A stretch of DNA of 64,000 nucleotides from Epiperipatus broadwayi (taxonomy: Eukaryota; Animalia; Onychophora). Of this stretch, positions 27,901 through 41,009 are shown piece by piece. The position numbers were made by a program, and so were the translations under genes. The DNA lies in the NCBI GenBank assembly GCA_028023455.1, contig JAQFVV010000005.1, positions 15,004,001 to 15,068,000 on the forward strand, given 5' to 3'. The notes under the pieces were generated by a model, which made no database searches, had not been told where the DNA came from, and saw only the letters and a list, made by a program, of their open reading frames with translations. The first letter of the stretch is position 1. Every line of letters starts with the position of its first letter.

Positions 27901-28796
27901 CCTGCTAATGTTAAAATTATTACAGACATTTTGTGCCAATTCGAAGATATAAGTGAAATAATAAAATTAAAGTTCAAATGTAATATAACACACAAGTAAT
28001 TATTTCATGCATTCAATTGGCAGGTTGATAAAAAAACCTGAAAATTTTGTTTTAATGTTTAATCTGCCAATCTGCTATTGCATAAAACCATAAGAAAAGA
28101 AATCCTCCATTAAAGTTTTAATCCTCTCTTTCTTTACACTCCGTTTGTACTCCTCTCCCAAAGAATATAGTTTATTTAAGCATATCTACTTCTTTTTCAT
28201 ATCTCTCTCCATTATTAGATTTTGCTTTATACAAAATCACAGTTACAATAAAATTTTTAGAAACCTTTTTTGTAATTACAATTGATTTCTTTTATTTATT
28301 AAATACAAGTTTGGAGATTGCAATGCACAGTTTAATTTCTTTTATGAACGGCATAAATTTGTGAGAGTTAATGCAATAGCAGCATTGATAGCTGAAAATT
28401 CATTCACAGATAGCTTCTCAGTTGAGGAATGTTAAATAAGATGGCTCAATATAGTCATATTATAATAAACCAGAAACTTTGATGTTTCAATGTCATATGA
28501 GATTATTATTCTACTTCATTTAGTACTTTTACTTTACTTCATTCCATATTCATTACAAATCTCATAAAATCTATTTGTATTTTCTTAAATATGCTCAGAA
28601 ACATTTCTATTATTTCAATCAATTTTAGTATCAAAGTTAAATAAAAATGGAATTCTTGAAAATTGCACACCAAATTAATGTTTCTCAATTTATAATTGGT
28701 CTCCCAATCATTCCACTGCACTGATTCCCCCCTCCTGAAACAAAATTCCCTACACCTTTGAAAAAATAACAATTAAATCAAATATTTTACTACTAC

Positions 28797-29066
28797 CTGA
28801 GCTAGAGTTTTGGTCTGTTGTGGAACTTTACGCTGATGCATCAATTGTTGTATCTGAAACGTTTGGCGCATGTGCTGCTGCGGCGTTACTTTAGGCTGTG
28901 TTGTTTTGGCCTGGGGCACAGTTACACTAATGTTGACTCCAGGAACATTAACTGGGATTGTGCTTAAAGTTGCTGGAGCACTTACAGTCTTGACAAGAGT
29001 TGTGGCTACTTGAGGAGTGCCTTGCTGTTGTATCTGTGCAGGGGCTAACACTTGTGAGTTAACATG
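28797..29066 (-). CDS. dom: Coding exon F, probable domino-A/EP400 C-terminal region
   Basis: Acceptor ttttttttcAG at 29067-29068, donor CAG|GTAGTA; 270 nt, 90 codons, phase 0/0: HVNSQVLAPAQIQQQGTPQVATTLVKTVSAPATLSTIPV...QIQQLMHQRKVPQQTKTLAQ. Confidence 0.88.
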
Positions 29067-29904
29067 CTGAAAAAAAAAAACAATCCACAAATATTACCTA
29101 TTTAGAATAATAACTGGATTACTTGTTCATATATATACATGTGTAGTTAAAACATTTACTGTTTTCTATTTTTGCAGAACAATAATAATTATTTTTCCAA
29201 AGTAAAAATATTTCAATAAAAACTAAATTCCAAAATAAATATATATTTGTCTGAATATGATTACACATATTCATTCTTACTAAATATATAAAATAAAATT
29301 ACGGTAGTGATGATGGAAAAGGAATTAAAATAAATAAGAAGCAATGTGATACAACCACAACAACAGATTTGCTTCAAAAGCATTTTGCATATAAAACAAA
29401 ACCAATTAAAACATTCAAAGAAAAGTAATTTCAAATATTTTTTAGCTATGTTCCCTTAAATATTTATAATAAAATAAATCTACATACATAACAATATATA
29501 TTCAAGATGACCATGCAAGTATTTTCTGACTTCTCTAACATGCCTTGTAAAAACAATATAAATAATCTTTAATTTCAGTTTTATAAATAAGAAGTTTAAT
29601 ATGTCAGTTTAAAGTAACTTTTTTTTTTTAGTTACAGAATCATGTAGCAGAGACATTAATATGCTTGAAAAGGGTGATGACAACACAAAAATGTATTCAA
29701 TCCAAGATCATTCTTTTGTATAGTCATATAGATTTGAACTCAGTTCAGTTTCTATACATTTTGGTGTCAGGATTTTTAAAAACCGCAGTCACCAAGATCC
29801 TATGGACAGGTGATTATGGTTTTAAAAATGTACAGACATTGAACTAGGTTCAAGCGAATGAGTTTGGATTGAAACTATTTTGTGTTTTCATCTTGAGATC
29901 ATAG

Positions 29905-30110
29905 TCTTAGATCTTAAGATCTAGGTGCAATTTTCTTAGATCTAAGGCTCCTCATTGATGAAAGCCACTAGCAAAAAATTAATCTGGGGATATTGGATGA
30001 GTAAATACTAAACAGGGAATTTAAAAACATTCTTGCATCCATTGATTAATATGGCTAGCACTGAGTGGCATTATTATATGGAGTTTGTCACTGTTTTAAC
30101 GGCTTGGGTA
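29905..30110 (+). mobile_element. Family A single arm (degenerate hammerhead element)
   Basis: gatcttaagatctaggtgca...ggctcctca TTGATGA A AGC CACTA GCA A AAAAT TA ATC TGGGGATATTGGATGAG...ctgttttaac; ends at the same gttttaac as the other copies. Confidence 0.75.
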
Positions 30111-32789
30111 AGCATATATAATGATAATCATGTTATGTTTAATGGTTTAAAATTGTTATTTATAGGCAACCATTATTTTAAATACTATCCCAAATATGAA
30201 GTTTTAAATAATTGCTTTTAAAAAAAAAAAAAATTGCTTTATAAAAGCATTTTTACTGATAGTGATCAGACTAGTTTTTTTTTTGTTTTTTTTTTTTTAC
30301 GTAAAAATGCTTAATTGTCCTGTGCAATTTATCATATTGGTAGAGTAATAAACTTGGAGTTAAAAGTTTCACTGACTCTCAGCTGAGTAAGGGGAAAAAA
30401 ATAGTTCAGACTAAGCAAATGAAATGGTTAAATTCTTGACCTGCCATTTGTCTGAATGTCACATAACCTCCTGAGCAATTTATTATAAAATTACTTTTTC
30501 TACTAAGGTTTAATTAGTTGTGTTAAAAAAATAATATAATGATAAAATAATTTTTTGTTCATCTGTAATAATATGGGGATCTATCACTATAAATATTCAG
30601 GAGTGAAAAAAGTCTAATTCAATTAATAATGATTCAATCCCCATCTTGTTGTTATTATAATGTTATATATATATATTGTAACCAGTTGGCTACACAGCTG
30701 CATTAAAAATAATTAAATAGTTGGCAGCATGCTCTTCAAGATTAAGTATAGAACTATTTAAGGAATGGGGAAAATAATAAGACTTCATTTAATTAAATAT
30801 TTAATCCCCAAAGTGATAGTAGGAAAATTCTCAAACATAAAATTTGTTAAATAATAATATGACTTTAATATGGGAATATTTTAATAAGTTATGAATGAAT
30901 GTAGATAAAAGAAAAAACTATAAAAAAATGTAAACAAGTTTTTTTTTTTCTCTCTCTCTCTAAACATGAGAAAAATAATTTCTTTTTTGTAAATTATTTA
31001 ATAAATATTAATTTTAATCTTTTAAAAGAGATAAAGTTTTATATTTAAGAATATTTTTAAAAAGAAAAAAATAATAATATTTTAATACTTTTAATAAATT
31101 TTATTTTTAATTAGAGTTGTTTTTCTTCTCTTTATCTCTTGTCATTACAGAAAATCAAATCAATGTAATTAGCTCATTATCTTGTTTTTCTTTTTGCAAG
31201 AAAATTTAATTTAAAAAAATGCCAAGAATTTCATGATGCTAATTTAAATTCTTGACTTGTTTTTCAATGTCTATGATTAAGGAGGAAATAAAATTATAAG
31301 GGTAGAGACAGATTGGGATTGGCTTGTAGGCAAAATTATTCTAGAAAAAAATAATAATAGGGGTGAATAAATCAGAAGATCCAAGTGTCTGATAAGAAGA
31401 TATATTCCTAACTTAGCTGATGAAGAGAGAGCAGTCAAGTCTTAATCCAGCTGATAAAGATGAAAAAGCAGAAGTCTTAACCAACCTAGTGTATAGCAGA
31501 AGTTTTAATCAAACTTTCAGTATAGTTTAGTTATAAAATGGTTTCTACAATAAAAACCATGTGCTAAATTCCGCTAAAAACTACACATCGTCTTCCTCCA
31601 TGTAACCTGCCTTCACTGGAATAAAAACATAGAGAACTTAATCCCTAAAGTAATCTGCATCCTTGATTGCAATTGAACACGAGTCTCTATCTGTGTTAGT
31701 CTCACCTACGAAATTAATTAAAAGAAAATGGATAAAATTTTGCTGCTAACCTGGAAATGAAATACTGCACATCAGGGAAAAAGGACAAATTAATCATGAT
31801 CATGTATAGAGGCCTTCAAGATGAAAATTAATTTGGAAATTATAAATTGGAAAGGACTCCTCAGAAGAATCAAACCATGATTTAAAGGTATTTTTTTATG
31901 TGCACACTGCATTTTTATTAATAGTAAAAAAAAATATTTTTTTTTTCTTATATAAAAGTAATAATTTTTTTATTTTTATAAGAATTGATAATTTTAAACA
32001 TTTTTATTAATGTTTTCAAATTGTGAAACATATTTTTTTATCCCTTCAATTTTCTTTTAAAACTATGAAAGACGTTTTTTTTTTTCAATTTAAATTTAAT
32101 TTTTTAAAATATGTTTTTCTCTTTTCATTCATTTTCCCTTCTAATTGACAAAAGGTTAATTAAGTTAACTCAAAGATTTGTGCATAAGTTATATGGAGTT
32201 TGTTTAGTGTTATGCACCATATTTCATTTGATTTCTTTAGAAATTTAGTATATAATTGGCTAGTACATCAATTACTAAGTGGCCATAGCATTGATGATGG
32301 TCAGGATGTTTTTAGTATCTCAGCATTATTTGACTTATTGTTGTAGTTTGATGGAGTAGCACCTAAGTATGTGCATTCAAATAATTACTGTTTGTATTCC
32401 TGGCCTAGGTTTGGCAATGACTAAATAATTAGCTTGGTCTATAGTGAACCACTTTCAACTATAGTCATAAGATTGACTGTTGACTTATTTTTATTGTTAA
32501 TCATTCATGATGCTGAATGATTATTACTTTTGTATAATGCTGGTGAACTTAGTTTTTGTGCTCATGCTCATTCCTTTTATATTTAATTTTACATTGGGGA
32601 TGATGATGTTTTTCCATCTCATTATTCAGTTCTAATGCGGTATACTATTATAAATGGCAATCCAATCATGGTACATTGTAACTCTCAGATTTCCTCTTAT
32701 TAACCCCTATTTCCCATTACTTTTACAATATACATATATAAATAATAATTACATAATGAAATAAATATTTAATAAATGAATGTTATATA

Positions 32790-33003
32790 CAGAGCTCGCA
32801 AAATAAGCTCTTAACAAGCTTTCAGAATATCCCCAAACCCACACTGGTTTCTTCGACGGTGTAGTCAGTGAGATGCTAGGATATTCAAAATTAAATCTAG
32901 TGCTTGAATATCCTAGCATCTCACTGACAATGCCAGTCGAAGAAACCGGTCTGGGGTTTGGGATATTCTCAAAACTTGTTAAGAGCTTATTTTGCGAGCT
33001 CTA
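32790..33003. mobile_element. Fold-back element (~100-bp arms) with hammerhead-like motif
   Basis: TA|CAGAGCTCGCAAAATAAGCTC...GAGCTTATTTTGCGAGCTCTA|TA; the right arm contains TCTCA CTGACAA...GAAAC CG GTC TGGGG. Mirror symmetry extends to about 32779-33014. Confidence 0.8.
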
Positions 33004-33449
33004 TATATAACATTTGTAAATACAAGCTTATTAAATTAGATCACGCGACATTTGACTTGATTTTTTTGTAATTTTAATAAATGAATATGTAATGACTCCA
33101 CTTAATGTGTGAAGTATAAAATTGAATCCATAATTTACATTAGCATGTATTAAGAGTTAATGATCATTATCAGCTCTGACACTATCCATGTTATTCTACA
33201 ATAAGATTTCTCAGAGGCCTTGAAACTTGGCATCTGAAGTCAACAGATATGCGTTTAAACAAGAATCTGAATACTATTCAAAAATACGCAATGTATAATT
33301 TAAATATTAAAGTAGAAAAATAAGCATCATTTTCCCAAAACTTTACCATAAATTTCCATTTATTGTGTATATGACAAAATTTTCTTTAAAAAATTGTTTT
33401 TAGTCTTCTACTTTTTTTGCACATATGAGAATATATGCTAGATTTAGTC

Positions 33450-34695
33450 ATTTAAAATATTAATTTCAACAGTGAAATAACTTTTATTATTGCTTAAATG
33501 TGTAACGTTTAAAATTATAATCATATCACAGAATATTCTTGTTCAAATAAGTTACTCAGAATTCTTTATAGGCAGAGTTATAACAAATCATTTTAATAAA
33601 CTTGCAAAAACAATTTTACTTTTGATCTAGCAATGCTCATTCATTAAGTCTGATAAAAAGAAAATTCCTCTTTCATTTGCCCTCCAAATGTATATATTGT
33701 AAATAAATCAACCTTGATATCAGAAAAGGCTGAAATTTATTATTAACGGTGATCTTAGTTCACAAATTAATCAAGCCGGCTTACCGTTTCATATATTATT
33801 ACTAAATTCAATAGCATGAACATAAGTTTTACTACTGCTTAAATATGTAATGTTTAGGATTATAATAATATTACAGAACATTCTCGTTTAACTAAGTTAT
33901 TCAGAATTATTTGTAAGCAGATTCATAATGAATCATTTTAATAAACTTACAAATACAATTTTACTTTTCATTTATCAATACCCATTCATTCAGTCTGATT
34001 AAAAAAATTGCTCTTTCATCTGACCTTATATTGTAAATAGTAAAAGTTAATATTTAATATAAAATGATATATGAAATATTAAGTTGTCTTGATTAATTTG
34101 TGAACTAAGATCACCACTAATAATAAGTTTCAGCTTTTTCGGATATCAATGTTGACTTATTTACAATATATATGGTTGAAGGTCAGATGAAAGAGGAATT
34201 CTTTTATCAGAGTGAATAAATAGGCATTGATAAATGAGAAGGAGAATTATGTTTGCAAGTTTACTATAATGATTTATTATGAATCTGTTTACAAATAATT
34301 CTGAGTAACGTATTTAAACAAGAATGTTTTGTGATATGATTATAATCATAAATGTTATATATTTAAGCAGTAATAAGTTATTTATGTGCTGTTAAAATTA
34401 ATAATTTAAAATAATATATAAAACGTTAAGTTGTCTTAAGTAATTTGTGAACTAAAATCACCATTAATAATAAGTTTCAGCCTTTTCAGATATCAATATT
34501 GAATTATTTACAATATATATGGTTGGAGATCAGATGAAAGAGGAATTCTTTTTTTATCAGTTTAAATGAATAGCTATTGATAAATGAAAAGTAAAATTGT
34601 ATTTGCAACTTTATCAAAATGATTCATTATTAGTCTGTTTACAAATAATTCTGAGTAACAGATTTGAATGATAATGTTCTGTAATGTGATTTAAA
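33450..34695. repeat. Tandem ~350-bp repeat array with an internal inversion (large imperfect palindrome)
   Basis: A unit containing gatcttagttcacaaattaatcaag and aaattcctctttcat is present about 1.6 times on + (33450-34040) and about twice on - (from about 34080 and 34428; period about 347 bp). Confidence 0.85.
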
Positions 34696-36839
34696 AAATT
34701 ACCATGATTAATTTATATACACTGGATATATTTCCACTATCTCTGCATATATGAGGAGTTTCTAATATTAATATCCATGGCTTTGAGAAGCCTTTGAGTA
34801 ATAAAATAGATATTATAGATTTATTGAGGATGATCAGTATATTTTTAATGTGTAGTAATTTATGTGATGTAAATTACAGATTTGATTTCATATTGCATAT
34901 TTTGAATGGGTTTAAACAAATTAATATATATATAAACAAAAAAGTATATGTATTAATATAAAGTAAAAATCATATTTGATTACAACTGTTTCAAGAATTA
35001 GATTGTGTCTGCAGATATTCATTTCTTTGCATTATAATATACAGATTAACAATATATATAAAATATCCCTAAATATATTAAAGTTTATAGTTTTAAGATT
35101 AAATTTGTCATACTAAAATCAACTGTTATGATCATATTCCAAATATTAGTGACAAATGATCAGTAAACTATTAGTGACTATATGTTAATTTATGGAATTC
35201 TACCTGCTTAAATTAGTTTTTCAAATTATGTCCATAAAACTCCATAATTCTGAAATCTTACAATATATATACACAAAGAGGAAAGATAAACAATGGGAAC
35301 ACCTGATACAATTAACATTATATTTTTGATAAAATGTAAAAGCACAGAAGTAAATCTAAGAAGAAATGGTGAATCTAACTGAGAAGTGAAATTGTTAATG
35401 CTCGATTAATTACAGAACTAACGTCAAACTGCTGAATTATTAATATTTCAAAATATAATGACAATATTCAGTAAAAAGTAAGAGAATAAAACTTTCTGAA
35501 ACTAGGTATAATCAGAAATCAGTGCTTAAGGAGAGAGTGGCTAATATTGCAACATTTGAGAGTCCTCCAAAAAAATCTATCATGAGTTTCACACACAGAT
35601 CATTTATGACCGAGCTACCATTTCAAAGCCTTAGGTTTTGGACATGAATAATAATGGAAGCAGTGTTATCATAAGAATATAAATCTGACAGTAGATGAAG
35701 AAATTTATGTACATTTTATCCAAGTGCACTTCTTTTAGCAATCAGCAAAAGATGCTAATCAGATTGCTTTCTTCTAATTGGGAAAAAATGTAATGATGAA
35801 AATCACTAGTAGCTGCACATTGATACTGTCTTGGCTCAGACTTTAGTTCTCTTATGTTACTAGCATTGTTTTACAGAGAATACGTACAACTTTCATTACA
35901 ATGATTCATGCATTTCAATAATCCTATTGAATAATGTAAAATAAAAAACTAAAAAATTGGTTCAGATTAGATCAATGCTCAATTTGCAACTAGAATGCTT
36001 GGACAACATAGAACTTTCAAGCATTTCACCATATAATTGCTATTTTTATCCATATCCCTCCTAAATGAATAAATAAATAGTTTAAGAATATAAGGATTGT
36101 TTCATATTTATCATAACGTTCCTAATCTTATGGTCTCCCTAAGTGACTCTTGAAAAATGAATGATATATTAATATTCTTTGAAAACCTGGGGCCAGTCTT
36201 CATGAGGAATGGTTTAATATTTCTCTATATTTTGTTCAAATACAAAATTCCATAACACAAACTATACAAGCAATTTTTAATGCAAACAATGGGTCTACAC
36301 AGTATTAATAAAAGTATCACAGATATTTCCAATGCTTTGAAGGATACTGTATAAATACATTACAATAACATTTAATGTCAATTTGAAGAGCAAAGATCTC
36401 ACTATGCAACTACATTAAATTATTGTTTAGTTCTCTCAGGGTCTACAAATTTACATTTATATGGGAGAATTTCTTTAAAAAACAGTATTAATATAATTGT
36501 ATAAAAAAAAATGGTTGGAAATCACCTTCACGAATATTTAATGCAGTTTATATAACCTTTCCTTAAGCTCATTAAAATGTAAAATTGATGCAATATAACT
36601 AGTGTACAACTCCAATTAAACAGCAAAATATAAAGTAATTGTTGCATCAAATGTTAATTGTAAGACAATTTGCCTGCCTGCTTCACTTCATTTAAAAATA
36701 AACTTTTAGTATTAAAAAAACAACTTATCTATCTTCAACTATTAGCAATGAGAGTAAGATTACAAATGAAAAAATTTAATTAAGAAATATCACTAAATAA
36801 AATAATGACTTTTACGCTTTCATATTAAATATCAGTAAA

Positions 36840-37031
36840 TAATATTTATTTTTATAAAGCGCAGACAGTATTGAAATTAAACTGAGAGACTGCAAACCTC
36901 TCAAGCGCTTATGACTAACAACAGCCAATCAGATCATAAACCATGAGACAGAGAATTTAACAAGAAAAGGGTGGTTTGCAGTCTCTCAGTTTTATTTCAA
37001 TACCGTCTGCGCTTTATAAAAATAAATATTT
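36840..37031. mobile_element. MITE-like element with ~58-bp TIRs
   Basis: aatatttatttttataaagcgcagacagtattgaaattaaactgagagactgcaaacc is mirrored at 36973-37030; the spacer contains AGCCAATCAG. Confidence 0.8.
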
Positions 37032-37499
37032 AATATCAGTAATGAATCCCAGAATTTCTACTGACTTACAAAAGTTTGCTTTTAAAAATTTTTGGCATAT
37101 AATCATTTTTTTTTAATCAATAAAAATAACTATTTGCATCAAACAAAAAAAAACACAGCAACCCATAATTAAATAAGTAGAAGACTGAACATGATACCAT
37201 TATTTTAATAATTTTTCCAAATGATTGACTATTTCTATACAAATCTATGAATTTCCCCCTTAATCCACAACCAACTCATTTATTTAGTCTTTCAATTCTT
37301 AATTTGTAAATGAATATCAAGTTTTTCTAGTATTACGACTGCACCTTAAATTTCATACCACAACAAAAAAATTTTATATACATTCTACTATATAATAAAA
37401 TATTTTCTTAAATCCTTTTTTTTTTAAACATCCTAGCCACAAATAATGTTTAATCAAAAATTAAAAATACACAAGTACACAAAAGCAATTCACCATGTT

Positions 37500-38600
37500 G
37501 ACTTTTTAAATTAAAACATGAAAAACTACAGGGTAAAATATAATCCTTATTAGCAGAAAATCGGAAGGGCTTGGTGAGCTCATGCTTAACATATTTGCTG
37601 GTCATATTCTTGATCTGACTGGAACTTGGAAACTTCATATAGCTGGAAATTTTACGCAAGCCTAGGATTTGTCCAATTAGCACACAACCAATCCAGATAT
37701 CATCCAATTCTTGGTTGATAAATGGATATCTAATTATTGTTAGCTGGAAAATGCATTGACTTTGAGACAAAAAGACAATTGTAATCATTTTAATTATTTG
37801 TGGGAGTATTAGAGCCCATCATTCGAGGCATTAGTTTTTTCAAAAGAATATAGCTTCACAAAGTTAATTAAATATGAGATTCCTTAAGAAGTTTTTGCTT
37901 AACATTGTGTGGTAGTATAGGTAAAATCTTCTAACTGTAATTTATTAATGGTGGCTACTGTCCTTATGATACTTTTTTTCTTTTCTTTGACTGTGATTGA
38001 TAAGCTAACACTATCAACTTTATGCCTTTGAAATAATGATGGATTAAATTAAAAAGAGTGTAATAATTTTATCTTCTTTAGTAAAATAGTTTGCAAAATC
38101 CGGAATAACCTGCTAAATTTTGACAATGATTTCATTACAAATTTAATATTCTAAATTTGAAAAACTGCATGGGTTGACCAAACAGCAAAGACCTTATACT
38201 AACTCAAATTAACTAAACTCTTGCCAGTTGTCAATTTTGTATGCAGCACATAATTAACTAACTTAAAAATAAATTCTCCACTAGGTGCAAGTTCAAACTC
38301 AAGAATTTAATCAAGCTGATACAGTCTATCTAGTAAATACAAAAACAGGGGTGTAAGGCAAATCCCTCAATTTTCAACAAATTAAAAATGGATAGATAAG
38401 AAAGACCTAAGAATTCCAAGACTATCGGCAATATTACAGTTAACATGTGTTTCATAAAAACTTCTTAAATGCTCAGATTTAAGTCCTTTTTATTATCCTC
38501 AGTAATAACTCTCTGATTATGAATAATTTCTAGGAATCTCTTGGTGAGCACAAGAGCGATAATATAATGATGGATTTGGAAAATGCTAAATATTTAATAT
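37500..38600 (-). mobile_element. Highly decayed non-LTR retrotransposon RT/3' region
   Basis: Minus-strand remnants resembling QGxxLSPLLF (gagggatttgccttacacccctg) and xQxRIG; many stops and frameshifts. Confidence 0.35.
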
Positions 38601-39186
38601 CTTAAAAAATTATAACTTTAAAAATATATCAAAATTTTAAATAAAATAAAAAAAATCTAGTTAGCAAAATTACTTCCAACTGAAATAACAAATAATGGAT
38701 TCTAAGATAACCAAAATGCAGTTCCAGCATATGAAGACAAAATTTGATTTCAATACAATATGTTATGGATTACATTTGTTTGGATAATCTGACTTATTAA
38801 TCTCAGGTAGAAAAAAAAGGTGCACCATTCAAAATAGAAAACTTAATATGCAGGCACCAAATTTACAGATGATAAATGAACTTGCCCCTAAAATTACAAC
38901 TTTTGAAATCAAACATGGGTGTCCTTTTGATAAATTTATAATTACATTTAAGTACCAAATATAGATTTAGCATTTTATTATTCAAAGTCCTAAGAAGTCA
39001 GAACCAAACTAAAAGTAAATTACATAAAATTCATAGTAAAAATGAACATCTGCATTGTAAATATATGCATATAAAGAAAAAAAACATAAAATGAACTTGG
39101 AGAAATTAAATAAAACTAAGGACAGCCACCGATAATTTATCGCTGGAAGCTCCAAATATTCTAGATAAACTAAAACGAATAAAAAC

Positions 39187-39306
39187 CTGTTGTTTTTGAA
39201 TCTGTTGTTGTCTTTTGAAGAACAATGTTACATCTGCTTCAGGGGAAGTACGAACTGTTGCCTTCTGACCTGCAGTGGCTATAATGCCTTGTTTCTGTAT
39301 CTGAGC
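39187..39306 (-). CDS. dom: Coding exon E (not in ORF track), probable domino-A/EP400 C-terminal region
   Basis: Follows a 97-nt intron; acceptor ttctatcaAG at 39307-39308 (alternative in-frame CAG 6 nt downstream), weak donor CAG|GTTTTT; 120 nt, 40 codons: AQIQKQGIIATAGQKATVRTSPEADVTLFFKRQQQIQKQQ. Composition matches neighbouring exons; exact ends less certain. Confidence 0.75.
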
Positions 39307-39403
39307 CTTGATAGAATAAACAAATTTTTTTCGTGTGTTTTTTTATTATAAAACATTGATTGTTATTGAATATAGTGTTAATAATGCATAACCAGTAGAT
39401 TAC

Positions 39404-39550
39404 CTGTAGACGCTGCTGAGGTTGAGTTACTTGCACACCTGCTGTTGCTAGAGTGACAGCAGTGGTCTTGGCTGTCTGTGGCACTGCCTGCTGCTGAGTC
39501 TGGCCTTGCTGAGAAACCTGTGGCAAACGTTTGATGGGCTGAGTCTTCAA
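39404..39550 (-). CDS. dom: Coding exon D, probable domino-A/EP400 C-terminal region
   Basis: Acceptor aaatAG at 39551-39552, donor CAG|GTAATC; 147 nt, 49 codons, phase 0/0: LKTQPIKRLPQVSQQGQTQQQAVPQTAKTTAVTLATAGVQVTQPQQRLQ. Confidence 0.88.
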
Positions 39551-41009
39551 CTATTTATTAAATAGAATCCAAATAGCATATAAGAAGCCAAAAGCTTATA
39601 CTGCTAATACTTTCATGACATGAAAACAAAAATTAAAACACACATATAAGTTACAATATTTTTTCAACAAATATAGAAAGAAGAGAATAATGCACTGTAT
39701 TTTGTGTGACACCATTCACAAATTAAACAATAAAATGAAAATTTTTTTTATAAAAACACTGACAAATAAAAGTTATAAAATTAATAATATAAATAAAAAA
39801 TATTATTGTTATATAAATATGAGCTATTCTTTTGTTAGCCTGTCATTTATTTACAAAACAACTAATATTCAATAAACAAACATTCCTTTATTAGCCATCT
39901 GAATAGTGCTGAGTAGCAGTTATTAGCCAATGCCTCAAAATCTGATGTTTAAAAACGTTGAAATCACAAATGGACAAACAATTCTTGGATTAAATAAAAA
40001 CTCCTTAATACAAAAAAAAGCTAACCTAAAAATATCCGGAGAAAAGCAATAGAGAGGAACATGAAAGATAAATTCATGTTTCATTCTTAGAAAAAAGTAT
40101 CAGAAACAATAAATTAAATAAAAAAAACTTAAAAAAGAGTAAAAATTCCATTACTAAAAATAATACATATCTGAAATTCAGACAAAACATGTTTTTCTTC
40201 TGAGATCTATATATTCAATAATTTTAATTCTATTATAACAATACAATCCATACTGCTTAATCAAATTAAAATTCAACTGTCTTCATAATCTTTTTTAGAG
40301 TATTTGCTAAGAATATAAAATTCTTAAAATATACAAATTTGTTTTAAAATGAGTTTCTGATAATCAACACTTTTTTAAAAACTCTTAATATAACATTAAA
40401 ATCAAGATTTTGCACTTATATACAACTCTATTTATAATTCAATCATTTTGAATGTTACATTTTAGAGAAGCTGGCAAGTGGTACAACAAAAAAAATGCCA
40501 CTTGTTTTTTTTTTAATTTTAAACATTTCATTTTATTTCCAACTAATTAAACATCAAATGCAACTGCAGTTTCATCAGTTTAACAACCATTAATACAAAA
40601 ATTGCTATCAATTCTTCGTGAATCCAGTTTAACTTCAAATCAATGGAAAGGTTTATTATGTATATAATTATGCCCTTTTATAAACTACCTGTTGAAACAT
40701 TGACATAACTTTTTTATGCCATGACGATGATTCCAAAGCTAATTTATTTCTCAGATTAGCTTTATGAATTTACTAAAAAAAATAAATCCTTCTTTTGCAA
40801 TACTAGTATAATTCAAATCAAGAATCTGTCCCTACAAATAAATTTGCTCATATTTCCATTTAGATTCTCTGCTATCAATTTGTCAACAAGATCTCCTTTA
40901 CTTATTGTTCAAATACATGATATATCAATAGAATAAAAAAAGAGCTACGCACAATGAATTACATCACAGAATATGCTTAGTTGGATTAAACCAATTAAAA
41001 ATTATATAT

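Noticed and set aside
35400-35900. Slightly higher-complexity stretch possibly from a transposase (also 2640-3050 and 6300-6450)
   Set aside because: No TIR/TSD pair or diagnostic DDE motif could be identified.
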